This document shows positions 17,663 to 28,000 of a stretch of 64,000 nucleotides of DNA, in pieces (the stretch's first letter is position 1; every line of letters begins with the position of its first letter). Source of the stretch: Promethearchaeota archaeon. Lineage in GTDB: Archaea; Asgardarchaeota; Lokiarchaeia; Sigyniarchaeales; SOKP01. Both the position numbers and the translations under genes were made by a program. The stretch is from the NCBI GenBank assembly GCA_019058015.1, contig JAHLWH010000192.1:302-64301 (forward strand), in the 5' to 3' direction. The notes under the pieces were generated by a model. It saw only the letters and a list, made by a program, of their open reading frames with translations, was not told where the DNA came from and did not search any database.

Positions 17663-19519
17663 GTGAATATTATTCTAAGGCAAGTTTATATTTATAAAGA
17701 GGGTGAATTGATATATTCCAGTCAGTTTGGCAAGGCATTATCGCAAGAGGTTTTTGATAGTTTGTTCAAACAACTACGTAAAGATGCTATGGCTGCACCA
17801 AGTGATAAGATTGAATATCATGATTACTATAAATATAGAATCACATACGCTACGGAAAAAAAAATAGATTTAATGTTCTTATTTGTAACGGGTATAACTG
17901 ATTCATCCAAAGATATTAAAACTGAATTACTTAGATGTAAAAGGGAATTTCTTAATCTTTTTGGGGATATAATCAAAACTGAATTTGATTCTAAAACTTT
18001 TGAAGTATTTGACCCAACAATTGATGTAATTCATAAAAATTTACGCCCCAAAATTTCACTCGTAGGATTTTCTGGTGTTGGAAAGACAACTATAACTAGA
18101 TTAATTAGGGCTGAAGAAATACCAATGGAACATATCCCTACTATAACTGGAGACATAGCAACTATTAAAATAGGAAAACTACACTTTCATTTATGGGATT
18201 TTGCAGGACAAGAACAGTTTAGCTATTTATGGAATAACTTTATTAAAGGAAGTGATGCAGTCCTTCTCATTACAGATTCAACTTTAGAAAATATAGAAAA
18301 AAGTAAATTTTTCCTCGATTTAATAAAAGATGAAGCACCCCATGCACATACTGCAATAATTGGAAACAAACAAGATCTTTCAGATGCTATTCCTGTAACA
18401 GAAATTGAGAACATTTTAGGTTTAAAAACTTATAATATGATTGCAAATAGAAAGGAAAATCGGGATAAAATGATTACAATAATTGCTGATATCCTTGAAA
18501 TGAGTGCAGAAGTAAGCCCCTTATTGAAACCATTGATTGAGAGAGATAAATTATTACAAGAAGCCGAATTATCACTTAATGAAGGCAATTTCCAAAATGC
18601 TTTAACCTTATTTGAAAAAATTTCGGATTTATGTCTTGATTTAGGTGATGATAGTTTAGGAAATGAATTTAATGAAAAAGCCCAGAAGATTAAAGAAATT
18701 TTAGTAAAGATGGAAACAACCCCAGTTGAAATTGTTAAACAAAAAGAAGAAGCTCAACCTACATCGGTTGAATCAACATCACCTGAACCCAAAGTTGCTC
18801 CGAAACCGGCAATTCCTAAACCACCAGCAATAAAAAAAACAACTGTACCAGAACCTAAAGCTGCTCCGAAACCAACAATCCCTAAACCTCCAGCAAAAAA
18901 AAAGCCAACTGTACCAGAACCTAAAGCTACTTCCAAACCAACTACACCTAAATCACAATCCACACAGCCAAAATTAACAATTAATCTAGAAGATTTTAAA
19001 ATTAAACCTCGTCCAACAAATATCTTATCCGCAAAACCCACTGGACCTAAACAATCATTAACTATTAGCCCCTTTAGTGCTATAAAACAAGAAGAACCTC
19101 AACCAAAACCATATACTACTAAACCCAAATCACCATATCAACAACCCTTACCTGATTCTAAAAAACCATCTCCGCCAATGCAAATAGCACAACCACCCAC
19201 CCCACCGAAAGCTCCACCTCAAACCTCTGTTCCAAAGCCTCTAACTCAGCCAACCCCAGCCCCAACCGAACCCCCAACAACAACCGTAAGAGACCAAGCA
19301 GGCACACAAAAAAATGAACTTGAAAAAACCTTAATGGATTTAAAGATTAAATTTGCAAATATTGCTAAAATGGAACTCGACCTTGATATGAAAGAACTTT
19401 CGGGAGAAATAACCTCAGAAGAGTTTAATAAGAAATCACAAAAAATGAAAGCCATAAAAGAGAACATATCAAAACAAATTGACGATATTCAGAATCTGTT
19501 AAATAGTTTTAGCGCATAA
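17663..19519 (+). CDS. Multidomain small GTPase: longin-like N-domain + Arf/SR-beta-like G domain + helical region + Pro/Lys-rich repeats + coiled coil
   Basis: G1 'GFSGVGKTT', G3 'WDFAGQEQF', G4 'GNKQDL' (NKQD is typical of Arf-type GTPases). The N-terminal ~125 aa ('ILRQVYIYKEGELIYSSQFG...YKYRITYATEKKIDLMFLFVTG') looks longin/SRX-like. The C-terminus carries PEPKAAPKP repeats and a heptad-like tail. Confidence 0.8.
   Translation: MNIILRQVYIYKEGELIYSSQFGKALSQEVFDSLFKQLRKDAMAAPSDKIEYHDYYKYRITYATEKKIDLMFLFVTGITDSSKDIKTELLRCKREFLNLFGDIIKTEFDSKTFEVFDPTIDVIHKNLRPKISLVGFSGVGKTTITRLIRAEEIPMEHIPTITGDIATIKIGKLHFHLWDFAGQEQFSYLWNNFIKGSDAVLLITDSTLENIEKSKFFLDLIKDEAPHAHTAIIGNKQDLSDAIPVTEIENILGLKTYNMIANRKENRDKMITIIADILEMSAEVSPLLKPLIERDKLLQEAELSLNEGNFQNALTLFEKISDLCLDLGDDSLGNEFNEKAQKIKEILVKMETTPVEIVKQKEEAQPTSVESTSPEPKVAPKPAIPKPPAIKKTTVPEPKAAPKPTIPKPPAKKKPTVPEPKATSKPTTPKSQSTQPKLTINLEDFKIKPRPTNILSAKPTGPKQSLTISPFSAIKQEEPQPKPYTTKPKSPYQQPLPDSKKPSPPMQIAQPPTPPKAPPQTSVPKPLTQPTPAPTEPPTTTVRDQAGTQKNELEKTLMDLKIKFANIAKMELDLDMKELSGEITSEEFNKKSQKMKAIKENISKQIDDIQNLLNSFSA
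18782..18952 (+). repeat. 66-nt (22-aa) tandem repeat, ~2.6 copies, inside the GTPase gene
   Basis: Units at 18782-18847, 18848-18913 and 18914-~18952 encode 'PEPK(V/A)APKP(A/T)IPKPPA(I/K)KK(T/P)TV'. Confidence 0.85.
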
Positions 19520-19857
19520 AAGATTATAGAATAAATTCCTTAAAATTATATGTTAATAGAAATATTTTTCTTTTTTTCATTTTGAATTATAAATTTCGTT
19601 TATATAAATTATGAGAATTTTGTATTTTTAAAATTTATATAAGAGTTATTTTTTTGTTTGCTTTTTTCATGTCTACTTTCCTTTTTATCTGGGAAATATC
19701 AATCTTAGTTTAATGTGAATAACAGTAAAATATAAATACCAAAATAAAAACAAATTAACATACCAGAAATTTGGAATTAAAATAAAAATTTATAAAGATG
19801 TGAAATATAAAAATAGTTGTGAGGAAATCAACCATGGTAGTGTATAAATGATAATAG

Positions 19858-20070
19858 AATGCCTATTATCAATATACATCTATTGAAATTGTCTCAACTT
19901 CAGATAAAAATTGGGCAGATGCCGTAAGAGAAGGTTATGCCGAAGCAAAAAAGAGTTTAAAAGGTATTAGAAATATATCCATTATTCAATCTGATGTTAA
20001 AGTAAAAGAAGATAAAGATCAACTAATCTATCGAGTAAGAATGCAAATAAATTTTGAACTTGAGAAATAA
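19858..20070 (+). pseudogene. Dodecin-like ORF with no in-frame start codon after a TGA-TAA-TAG triple stop
   Basis: My manual translation 'NAYYQYTSIEIVSTSDKNWADAVREGYAEAKKSLKGIRNISIIQSDVKVKEDKDQLIYRVRMQINFELEK*' matches the dodecin pattern (Y..IE(I/L)VGTS ... V.F.LE). The frame contains no ATG, GTG or TTG before the conserved core. Confidence 0.5.
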
Positions 20071-20188
20071 ATAAGAAATAGCATTTTTTTTATTTTTTAT
20101 CTCATTTCTTTTTTTTTTAATTTAGAAAACAAAAGGGTTATTTATTTTAAATTATTAATAATCAGAATAAGCGGGGTTTTATTGATAA

Positions 20189-21592
20189 ATGGCAATTGTT
20201 ATAATGAAATTTGGTGGTAGCTGCTTACAAGACGCAGATTCATTTAAAAACATATTAAATATTACGGAAATCTATAAAGAGCATAAAAAAGTTTATGTAG
20301 CATCTGCATTTAAAGGGATCACGGATTTATTATTAGATATGGGCAAAAAAGCAGAAAAGGGAATTGATATTGATAAAAATATTGCCTTTATCGAAAAAAA
20401 AAATTATGATATAATCAATGAGATTTTTGGTGATAATGAAGAAAATGCAAATGTCGCTAAAGAATATATTGACAAGAAAATTAGCGAACTCGAAGATGCG
20501 TTAATTGATGTTAATGAGTTTGGATTTGAGCCATATTATCAGGATTATGTCCTAAGTTTTGGAGAGATCTTTTCTACTTACATTTTACATCTATATCTTA
20601 AAATAAATGGGTATAATATAGTGTTTATCCCTGCAACTGAATTGATAATAACAGATGATAATTTCGGGAATGCTTTTCCACTTTATAAATATACACAAAA
20701 CCGAATTAGGAAGAAAATGGTCCCACTCCTGGATAATCCAGATGACATTACAATATTTTGTATTACCGGGTTTATTGGTCGTAATAAAATTGGCTATATA
20801 ACTACACTAGGTCGAGGTGGGTCTGATTATACAGCAACAATTCTCGCCCATGTGATTTATGAGACCTGTAAATTTAAAGAGATTAAAGTTATTCTCTGGA
20901 AGAATGTTGATGGACTGCTTGTTTCTGACCCAAAATATATAAATAATTCCGAGCCACAATTAGTTAAAATTCTTGATTATAACGAAGCAAAAGAACTGGC
21001 ATTTTTCGGCGCAAAAATTCTACACCCGAAATGTCTGGAAGCAATAGAACCATATAAAATCCCCTTAGAGATTAGAAATTTCAATAAACCTCTCGAAAAA
21101 TCTCAATTTACCATAATATCTGAAAAAACAGACAAATCAAATATAAAAGGGATCTCCACCGTCGAAGAAGTTGCGATGATAACTGTTTCTTCAGGAAGTA
21201 TGGTCGAAGTTCCCGGCGTTCTTGCCAAAATATTTAACATTATGGGAGATAATAAAATAAATGTTTCTTTAGTCGCTCAAAGCTCCAGTGAAATTAATAC
21301 CACATTTATTGTAGATGTGAATGATGGAAAAAAAGCAACAAATTTAATCAAAGAAAATGAATTCTTCAAGAATTTCTTTGAAATCAAAATTGAATACGTC
21401 GGAATACTTGCAGTCATTGGATTACAAGTTCTTGATATAAAAATTAAGGCACGCATCTTTAATGCTCTTAGTTCAAATGATATCAATGTTAAATCAATTT
21501 CACAATCCTCCGAAGGATTAAATATATCATTGGTTATTAATAAGGAAGATATCGAAAAAGCTGTGAACACCCTCCATGAAGAATTTCATTAG
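20189..21592 (+). CDS. lysC: Aspartate kinase with C-terminal ACT domains
   Basis: 'VIMKFGGSCL', 'LGRGGSDYTATILA' and 'FGAKILHPK' are amino-acid-kinase/aspartokinase signatures. The C-terminus holds duplicated ACT-like segments. Confidence 0.9.
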   Translation: MAIVIMKFGGSCLQDADSFKNILNITEIYKEHKKVYVASAFKGITDLLLDMGKKAEKGIDIDKNIAFIEKKNYDIINEIFGDNEENANVAKEYIDKKISELEDALIDVNEFGFEPYYQDYVLSFGEIFSTYILHLYLKINGYNIVFIPATELIITDDNFGNAFPLYKYTQNRIRKKMVPLLDNPDDITIFCITGFIGRNKIGYITTLGRGGSDYTATILAHVIYETCKFKEIKVILWKNVDGLLVSDPKYINNSEPQLVKILDYNEAKELAFFGAKILHPKCLEAIEPYKIPLEIRNFNKPLEKSQFTIISEKTDKSNIKGISTVEEVAMITVSSGSMVEVPGVLAKIFNIMGDNKINVSLVAQSSSEINTTFIVDVNDGKKATNLIKENEFFKNFFEIKIEYVGILAVIGLQVLDIKIKARIFNALSSNDINVKSISQSSEGLNISLVINKEDIEKAVNTLHEEFH

Positions 21593-21877
21593 CATTTAAG
21601 TTACCCTTTTAATATTATAATTTTTAATAATTTGTAAAAATGAGATCCAACCTGGAAAATTATAAATAAAGACTATACTATATTCAATTTGAGTTGAAAA
21701 TGACAGAAAAGACTATTGAAAAGGAAAAAAAAGAAATTAAAAAGTTAAATGATAAAGAAATAACAAAATCAATAATAGATGATATAATAAAAGAACATAA
21801 AGATGTTCTTGATGCATTGGGAGAAGATTAATCTTTTTCCCAACTTATAATCACAAAATAAAAGCAATTCTTGCAAA

Positions 21878-22408
21878 TTAGTGCCCTGAACGAGATTTAA
21901 TAATTCGCCGGGTCAATTCACCAAAAGCCTCCTCAACATGCACTCCAGTCTTAGCAGATGTCTCAATGTAAATTGAATTCTCGGCCTCAGCAAATCTTTT
22001 CGCTTCCTCCCTGTCAATAACTTCACCAACATCCTCAATTAAATCAATTTTATTACCTGCAAGAACAAATGGTATGTGTTCTCCAGCAAATTGCCGAATC
22101 TCCGCTAACCATTTTCGAATATCAGCATAAGTCTGTGCCCTTGAGAGATCGAAAACTAGAAGAACACCCGCTGCACCCTTATAAAACGTGCTTCTAATGA
22201 ACTCAAATCTTTGTTGCCCCCCAATATCCCATATACTCAAAGTCGCAATCTCGTCTCCCTCATAATTAACATCCTTTGTCAAAATATCAACACCAACAGT
22301 TAGTTTATAGTTTGTAGCAAATCGATTCTTGATAAAACGCTGAACTAAAGAGGTCTTTCCCACTGCGGCAGCACCACATAAAAGAACCTTAAGCTTGTAT
22401 GAAGACAT
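21878..22408 (-). CDS. Rab/Ras-like small GTPase (stand-alone G domain)
   Basis: G1 'GAAAVGKTS', G2 'TVGVD', G3 'WDIGGQQRF', G4 'GNKIDL', G5 'ETSAKTG'. 176 aa. The C-terminus ends '...KSRSGH' with no Cys prenylation motif. Confidence 0.85.
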   Translation of the reverse strand: MSSYKLKVLLCGAAAVGKTSLVQRFIKNRFATNYKLTVGVDILTKDVNYEGDEIATLSIWDIGGQQRFEFIRSTFYKGAAGVLLVFDLSRAQTYADIRKWLAEIRQFAGEHIPFVLAGNKIDLIEDVGEVIDREEAKRFAEAENSIYIETSAKTGVHVEEAFGELTRRIIKSRSGH

Positions 22409-22431
22409 AATTAACCAATTCCTATAAATTA

Positions 22432-22470
22432 AGTTATAACGTTATTATTTTAGTTATAATGTTATTATTT
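22432..22470. repeat. Two tandem ~20-nt direct repeats just upstream of the Rab-like gene
   Basis: 'agttataacgttattattt t agttataatgttattattt', located 24-62 nt upstream of the ATG at 22408 (minus-strand gene). Confidence 0.75.
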
Positions 22471-22691
22471 AAATTATACCCCAATATAAAAATACTTTTT
22501 TATTAGATTTATATTCTTATAATCAATTTCGAATTTTTAAATTATTTTTTTTTGCCTTTATATATAAGTTATTATACGGTTTTGAATTAAAATTTTCTTA
22601 TCCTTGAGTTATTTTTAAAATAATTAAGCCTAAAAATTACTTAAATAATTAATATTTCTATCTAGTTAATAAAATAATTTAATTTAAATAA

Positions 22692-23666
22692 TTATATCGT
22701 GTAATTCCTACTTTTAGACCATTCTATATATTTTTTAAGCCCTGTTTGAATATTATATTTTGGCTCAAATTTTAAAATTTTCCTCGCTTTTGTAATATCC
22801 GCAAAACTATCTCGAATATCACCTGGTCTGGGATCTGTAAAATCAACCCCTAAATACTCCTTCTCGCATATTTTTTTTATAATATCTGCAAGTTCATTTA
22901 CAGTAATCGGAGAACTCGCTCCTATATTGAATACCTCACCTGCGATGTTATTAGCAACTCCCGAAAGTAAATTTGCATTAACTACATCTTTAATGTAAGT
23001 AAAATCCCTCCGTTGCTCTCCGTCCCCAAATACAATCGGATTTTCATCTCGATATATCCGTCCGAGCCAAATCGGTATAACTCCACTATACGTCGAATCC
23101 TTCTGTCTCGGACCATAAACATTGAAATACCTTAATGCTACAGTGTTTAACCCATAAACTTTATAAAAAGCATATAGATATTTCTCACACGCCAATTTGG
23201 CTACACCATATGGAGAAATTGGGATAAGATTCATATCTTCCTTTTTAGGTAAGGTTGGCGTATCACCATAAACAGATGAACTCGATGCAAAAATGATTGT
23301 TTCCACATCCCGAATCCTTGCTGCATTTAGTATATTGAGTGTACCATTAACATTTACCTCATTACAAGAAATGGGCATTTTGACAGATTGGGGAACACTC
23401 GTAAAAGCAGCTTCATGAAAAATGATATCAATATCCTTGCAAATCTCTAATAAAAAATCATAATCACGGATATCTGCCTTATGAAAAGTAAAATTTTGGT
23501 TTTGCAAAGAATCTTTTATATTATCCATACGTCCATTGAAAAAATTATCAATTCCAATTACACTTGCTTTCTTCTCTAATAACTCATCAGATAGATTACT
23601 CCCAATAAATCCAGCAACACCAGTTACTAAGATCCTTTTACCTTCTAATTCTAAAATATAAAACAC
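22692..23666 (-). CDS. NAD-dependent nucleotide-sugar 4-epimerase (WbpP/TviC-like SDR)
   Basis: 'ILVTGVAGFIGSNL', 'SPYGVAKLACE' (YxxxK), 'RYFNVYGPRQ'. Confidence 0.85.
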   Translation of the reverse strand: MFYILELEGKRILVTGVAGFIGSNLSDELLEKKASVIGIDNFFNGRMDNIKDSLQNQNFTFHKADIRDYDFLLEICKDIDIIFHEAAFTSVPQSVKMPISCNEVNVNGTLNILNAARIRDVETIIFASSSSVYGDTPTLPKKEDMNLIPISPYGVAKLACEKYLYAFYKVYGLNTVALRYFNVYGPRQKDSTYSGVIPIWLGRIYRDENPIVFGDGEQRRDFTYIKDVVNANLLSGVANNIAGEVFNIGASSPITVNELADIIKKICEKEYLGVDFTDPRPGDIRDSFADITKARKILKFEPKYNIQTGLKKYIEWSKSRNYTI

Positions 23667-23946
23667 CTAATTGAAAAAATCATTTTTATTATTATAAATT
23701 TACCTTTTTGAATAAGAATTTAATGAACTGCTAATTTCCTTTCCGACCAATGGTTATATTATATATTATTACATTGTATATGTTAGAAAATACAAGTGGG
23801 GCTCTACGGAGTTGAATGGTGTTAAAAATGTTTTTAAAAATTCATGGATTTAATTATAGATTTAGGAATTAAATCAAAGATAAGTAAAGAAGATTTACTT
23901 AAAGTTAATGAGAATTTTAAAAAAAAAAATTAGTCTTTTTTTCTGA

Positions 23947-24903
23947 TTAAAAGTTAATTTGCCATTGAAAATGATGTTTTAATCCTTCAGAAATTTTTAT
24001 TTTTGGGGAATATCCTAAGATTTTTTTTGCTTTATCGACGTTAGAGTATGTGATATCGACATCACCCAGTTGTTTTTCAATAAATTGAATTTTCTTCTGT
24101 TTATTTGCGATGGAATACATTTGATTGACTAATTCATTTACGGTTATCGGACTCGAGCAGCCGAGATTAAACACCTCTCCAACTGCCTCTGGTTTTTCTC
24201 CTGCGGCGATTACTCCCTCGATTATATCTGATATGTATGTGAAATCTCTAAGTTGTTCTCCATCTCCAAATATGGTTATCCCATGGTTATTAAGGATGAA
24301 ATCAAAAAATTTTCGAATTGCCATATCGGGGCGTTGGCGGGCGCCATACACAGTAAAAAAGCGTAGTGAGGTGATTGGTAGTCCATATAGTCTGTGGTAA
24401 AACTCGGCGTATTTTTCGCAGCATAGTTTTGACACGGCGTATGGTGAGATTGGGTTTTTGGGGTGGTTTTCATCTACGGGGGTATATTCCGGGTTGCCAT
24501 AGACGGAGGATGAAGAGGCGTTTACAATTTGTTTTATACTTTTATTTAAACAGAATTCAAATAATTTAACGGTTGATTTGATATTGTTGTCCATTACTTC
24601 TATTGGATGGATAATTGAATAGCGCACGCCTGCTTGTGCCGCCAGATGGAATATTATATCGATGTCATGGTCAATTTCTTGTAGAGTAGAATCATCTCTG
24701 AGGTCTTTCTTAATTAAAATAAAGTCTTCCCCGTTCTTATATTTTTGAGTTAAATCGAGCAAATTTTTTTCTTTCCCTGTGTAATATTCATTGAAGTTAT
24801 CGATTAGTATTAGAAAATTTCCGTTTCCGTTTAGCTTTTCCGCCAGATGGGAACCAATAAAGCCAGAGGCTCCAGTAATTAAGATTGTTTGATTTTTTAT
24901 CAT
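23947..24903 (-). CDS. NAD-dependent epimerase (UDP-glucuronate 4-epimerase-like SDR)
   Basis: 'ILITGASGFIGSHL', 'SPYAVSKLCCE', 'RFFTVYGARQRPDMAIRKF'. Confidence 0.85.
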   Translation of the reverse strand: MIKNQTILITGASGFIGSHLAEKLNGNGNFLILIDNFNEYYTGKEKNLLDLTQKYKNGEDFILIKKDLRDDSTLQEIDHDIDIIFHLAAQAGVRYSIIHPIEVMDNNIKSTVKLFEFCLNKSIKQIVNASSSSVYGNPEYTPVDENHPKNPISPYAVSKLCCEKYAEFYHRLYGLPITSLRFFTVYGARQRPDMAIRKFFDFILNNHGITIFGDGEQLRDFTYISDIIEGVIAAGEKPEAVGEVFNLGCSSPITVNELVNQMYSIANKQKKIQFIEKQLGDVDITYSNVDKAKKILGYSPKIKISEGLKHHFQWQINF

Positions 24904-25074
24904 GGATTTGTCGCTGATATTGTTTGCACTATTAAATTTATAAACAATTTGAATATCTTATTAGTATAAAAAATAAAAATTCGATGTTTAAGATATTAAT
25001 ATTATCGGAGTTATTTATTTTTAAATCATGATTTAATTATTTTACATATTATTTTAAAAATCAAGGTATTTTAA

Positions 25075-28000
25075 ATGTTTGAGAAACCATCACCCCAGCA
25101 ATTAGCCGAGGAGGCAGTTCGGCACTTAGATTTAGCCGAGAAATATGAGTCTCAGCAGAATTGGGCGAAAGCTATTGTAGAATATAAGAGGGCTGTTGAG
25201 TTATTAAAACAAAGTGGGTTATTATCAGTTCATGTTGATGATATAAATGAGCGGATTATGCGTTTAACTCAAGTAGCTCAACAGGAGAAGGCATTACAGC
25301 GAAAGAAAGCCGAAGCTGAGTTTTCTGGTATAAGGGATGAAGCATTTCACTTTTTGGATAAGGCAAAGTCTTTAGAAGTCAATGGTCGTTATCAAGAAGC
25401 CATATCTCGTTATTCCTCAGCTATAAAGTTATTGGAACAGGCTAAATGGGATGAGAGTTTATTAGGACAAATCAAGTTAAAACTTGAAAAATTAATGGAG
25501 ATCTTCAAACAGCAACAAATTATGGCCCATCAAAGAGCATTACGGGCTGAACAGACACCCACCAAGGTTGAAAAGTCTTTTGGAGCTCCGGAAACTACAA
25601 TTATTCCTGCAGGACTTGATAAACGAAGTAAATTACGAATGGAATTTGAGACCCAAAAACGAAAGGAAGAGGATATACAAAATCGTGCTTTTGAATCAAT
25701 TGATATGGGTAAAAAGTTTTTGGAGGAAAAGAATTTTGATGTAGCAAAATCAAAATATCTCGAAGCTTTAGATCTATTGAGATCTATTAGATGGACTGAC
25801 GAGAATTTGTCTTATTTATATAGCGATATTGATTCGGTTGAAAGGCAGAGGGTAGCATTTGAAAAAGCAGAAAGTCAGAAAGTTGAGCAAGCTGCTAGAG
25901 CTACACCCCAACCCGTTACTTCGGAAATAGCTCCTCAGAAAGAAATAGTTCCAGAAATTATGGATGTACAATCAAAAGCAATAATGAAATATGAAGCGAA
26001 GAAAAGACGTGAGGAGGAGGTTCAAAAGAAAGCATTTGAATTGATGGATGAGGGTGAGCGTTTAATAAAGGTCAAGGAATTTGATGAAGCCATGGAAAAG
26101 TATGGTATGGCTGGGCGGCTCTTAGAATCTATTGGGTGGGCTGACCAATTAGTTCATATTAATAAAATCATTGATAAGATATATAAAGATAGAGTAAATT
26201 ATAAAAAGTTGCAAGCACAGCAAATTAAAGCAAAAGAAGCAGCGGTTACTGCACCAGTCCCTGAAATCTCAGTAAAAGCAAAAGCGAATATTGAATTTAA
26301 AAAGCAGAAAATAGTAGAGTTTGAAGAACGAAATAAGCATGAAGAGCATATTCAAGAAGAAGCTTTTAAGATGATTGATATTGCAAAACGATTTGAGCGA
26401 GAGAAGCAATATGATGGGGCAATCGAGAATTTTAATAGAGCAATTGATTTATTACAATCAATAGGGTGGACTGATTATGTTAAGCCAATATACAAGTTCA
26501 TCTCTGATATTAGAAGGAGACAAGAAAATGAACAGAAAGTTCTCGAGGAGAAAAAATCTCGAGAGAAAGAGTATTTAAAATTCCAAGAGATTATAAAAAA
26601 GCATGAAAAGATTCAGGTAGACCAGGAAGTAGAAGGAATTTCCCTAAAACAGAAAGAGCTTGAAAAGACACGGGAAATAGATCACGCAAAAGAGAAAAAA
26701 GCTTTTAATGTAATAAATGAAGCCGATGAATTGGTAAGAAAAGGCAATTATGAAAAGGCAATTAAAAATTATAAAAAGGCACGTGATATTTTTAGAGAGA
26801 TAGGTTGGGCTGATCAAATTGCGACAATTGAAACTACATTAAACACGGTTCAATATAAATATCGTGAATTTTTGAAAAATGAGGAGACAGCCAAGGAATT
26901 AAAAGTTAAGCGTGCTAAGGAAGATGAAGAATTTCGAAAAACAATTGCCGAACAGATTAGAAAAGAGAGGGAAAAGTTAGAGAAGAAAAAGATCGAAATA
27001 AGAGAATATGAAACAGAGATTGAATATCGGAAGAAAAGAAAGGTTGAAGCTTTTAAAATTTTAGATGAGGCAGAAGAATACACATTACGCGGGGATTTTG
27101 ATATTGCCATAGAAAAATATTCCATGGCATTAATGATTTTTGCAGAAATTCAATGGACTGATGAATTATCACTCATTCAAGATGCTATTCGAGATCTTGA
27201 AAACAGAAAGAAAGAAATGAGACTTCTAAAACTAAAAGAAAGAGAAGATGCTTTAAAAAGAGAAAAGGAAACAAAAGAGTTTCAGGATAAAATTTCTGAA
27301 CAATTAAGAGAGGAACGTATGAAGTTAAGAGAAAAAGAGATTACAGTTAGAGAATATGAAAAAGAAGTGAAATATCGGGAAAAACAAAAGGAGAAAGCAT
27401 TTAAGATCTTAGATGAAGCTCAAAAATTGACAATCAGTGGAGATTTTGATGATGCTATAGAAAAATATGAAGTAGCTTCGATTATTTTTGCAGAAATTCA
27501 ATGGGATGATGAGTTAGCACTTATTCAGAATGCGATTCGAGAACTTGAGAATAAAAAAATTGAAAGAGAATTATGGGAACAGAAGACTCGAGAGGTATTA
27601 TTGAAACGTGAGCAAGAAACCCAAGAATTTCAGGATATGATTGCTGAAGAATTAAGGATGGAGCGTGAAAAGTTAAGAGAGGGTCAAATTGGACTAAGAG
27701 AACACGAAGCTGAAGTAAAATATCGTGAAAATCGAAAAAATGAGGCTTTTGATATTTTAGATGCAGCAGAGATGTTAATAATGAGGGGGGATTTAGATGC
27801 TACGATTGAAAAATATCATGAGGCATCGATTATTTTTGCTGAAATTCGGTGGACAGAAGAGTTGGCACTTATTCAAGGTGCAATACGCAAACTTGAGCAA
27901 CAAAAGAAAGAGAAAGAACTGTGGGAACAAATAGTAAGAGAGGAAGCTATCAAAAGGGAACAAGAAGCAAGAGAATTTCAGCATGAAATTGCTTTAATCA

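Noticed and set aside
17275-19467. Minus-strand ORFs 17275-17601, 18223-18414, 18754-19041 and 19246-19467
   Set aside because: All lie antisense within the Roadblock and GTPase genes. The Gly/Val-rich translation of 18754-19041 is just the complement of the Pro/Lys repeat.
24125-24569. Three overlapping ORFs (24125-24400 +, 24276-24473 -, 24375-24569 +) within the epimerase gene
   Set aside because: This locally GC-richer part of a clearly conserved SDR gene leaves alternative frames open. None has a motif, and the SDR frame explains the region.
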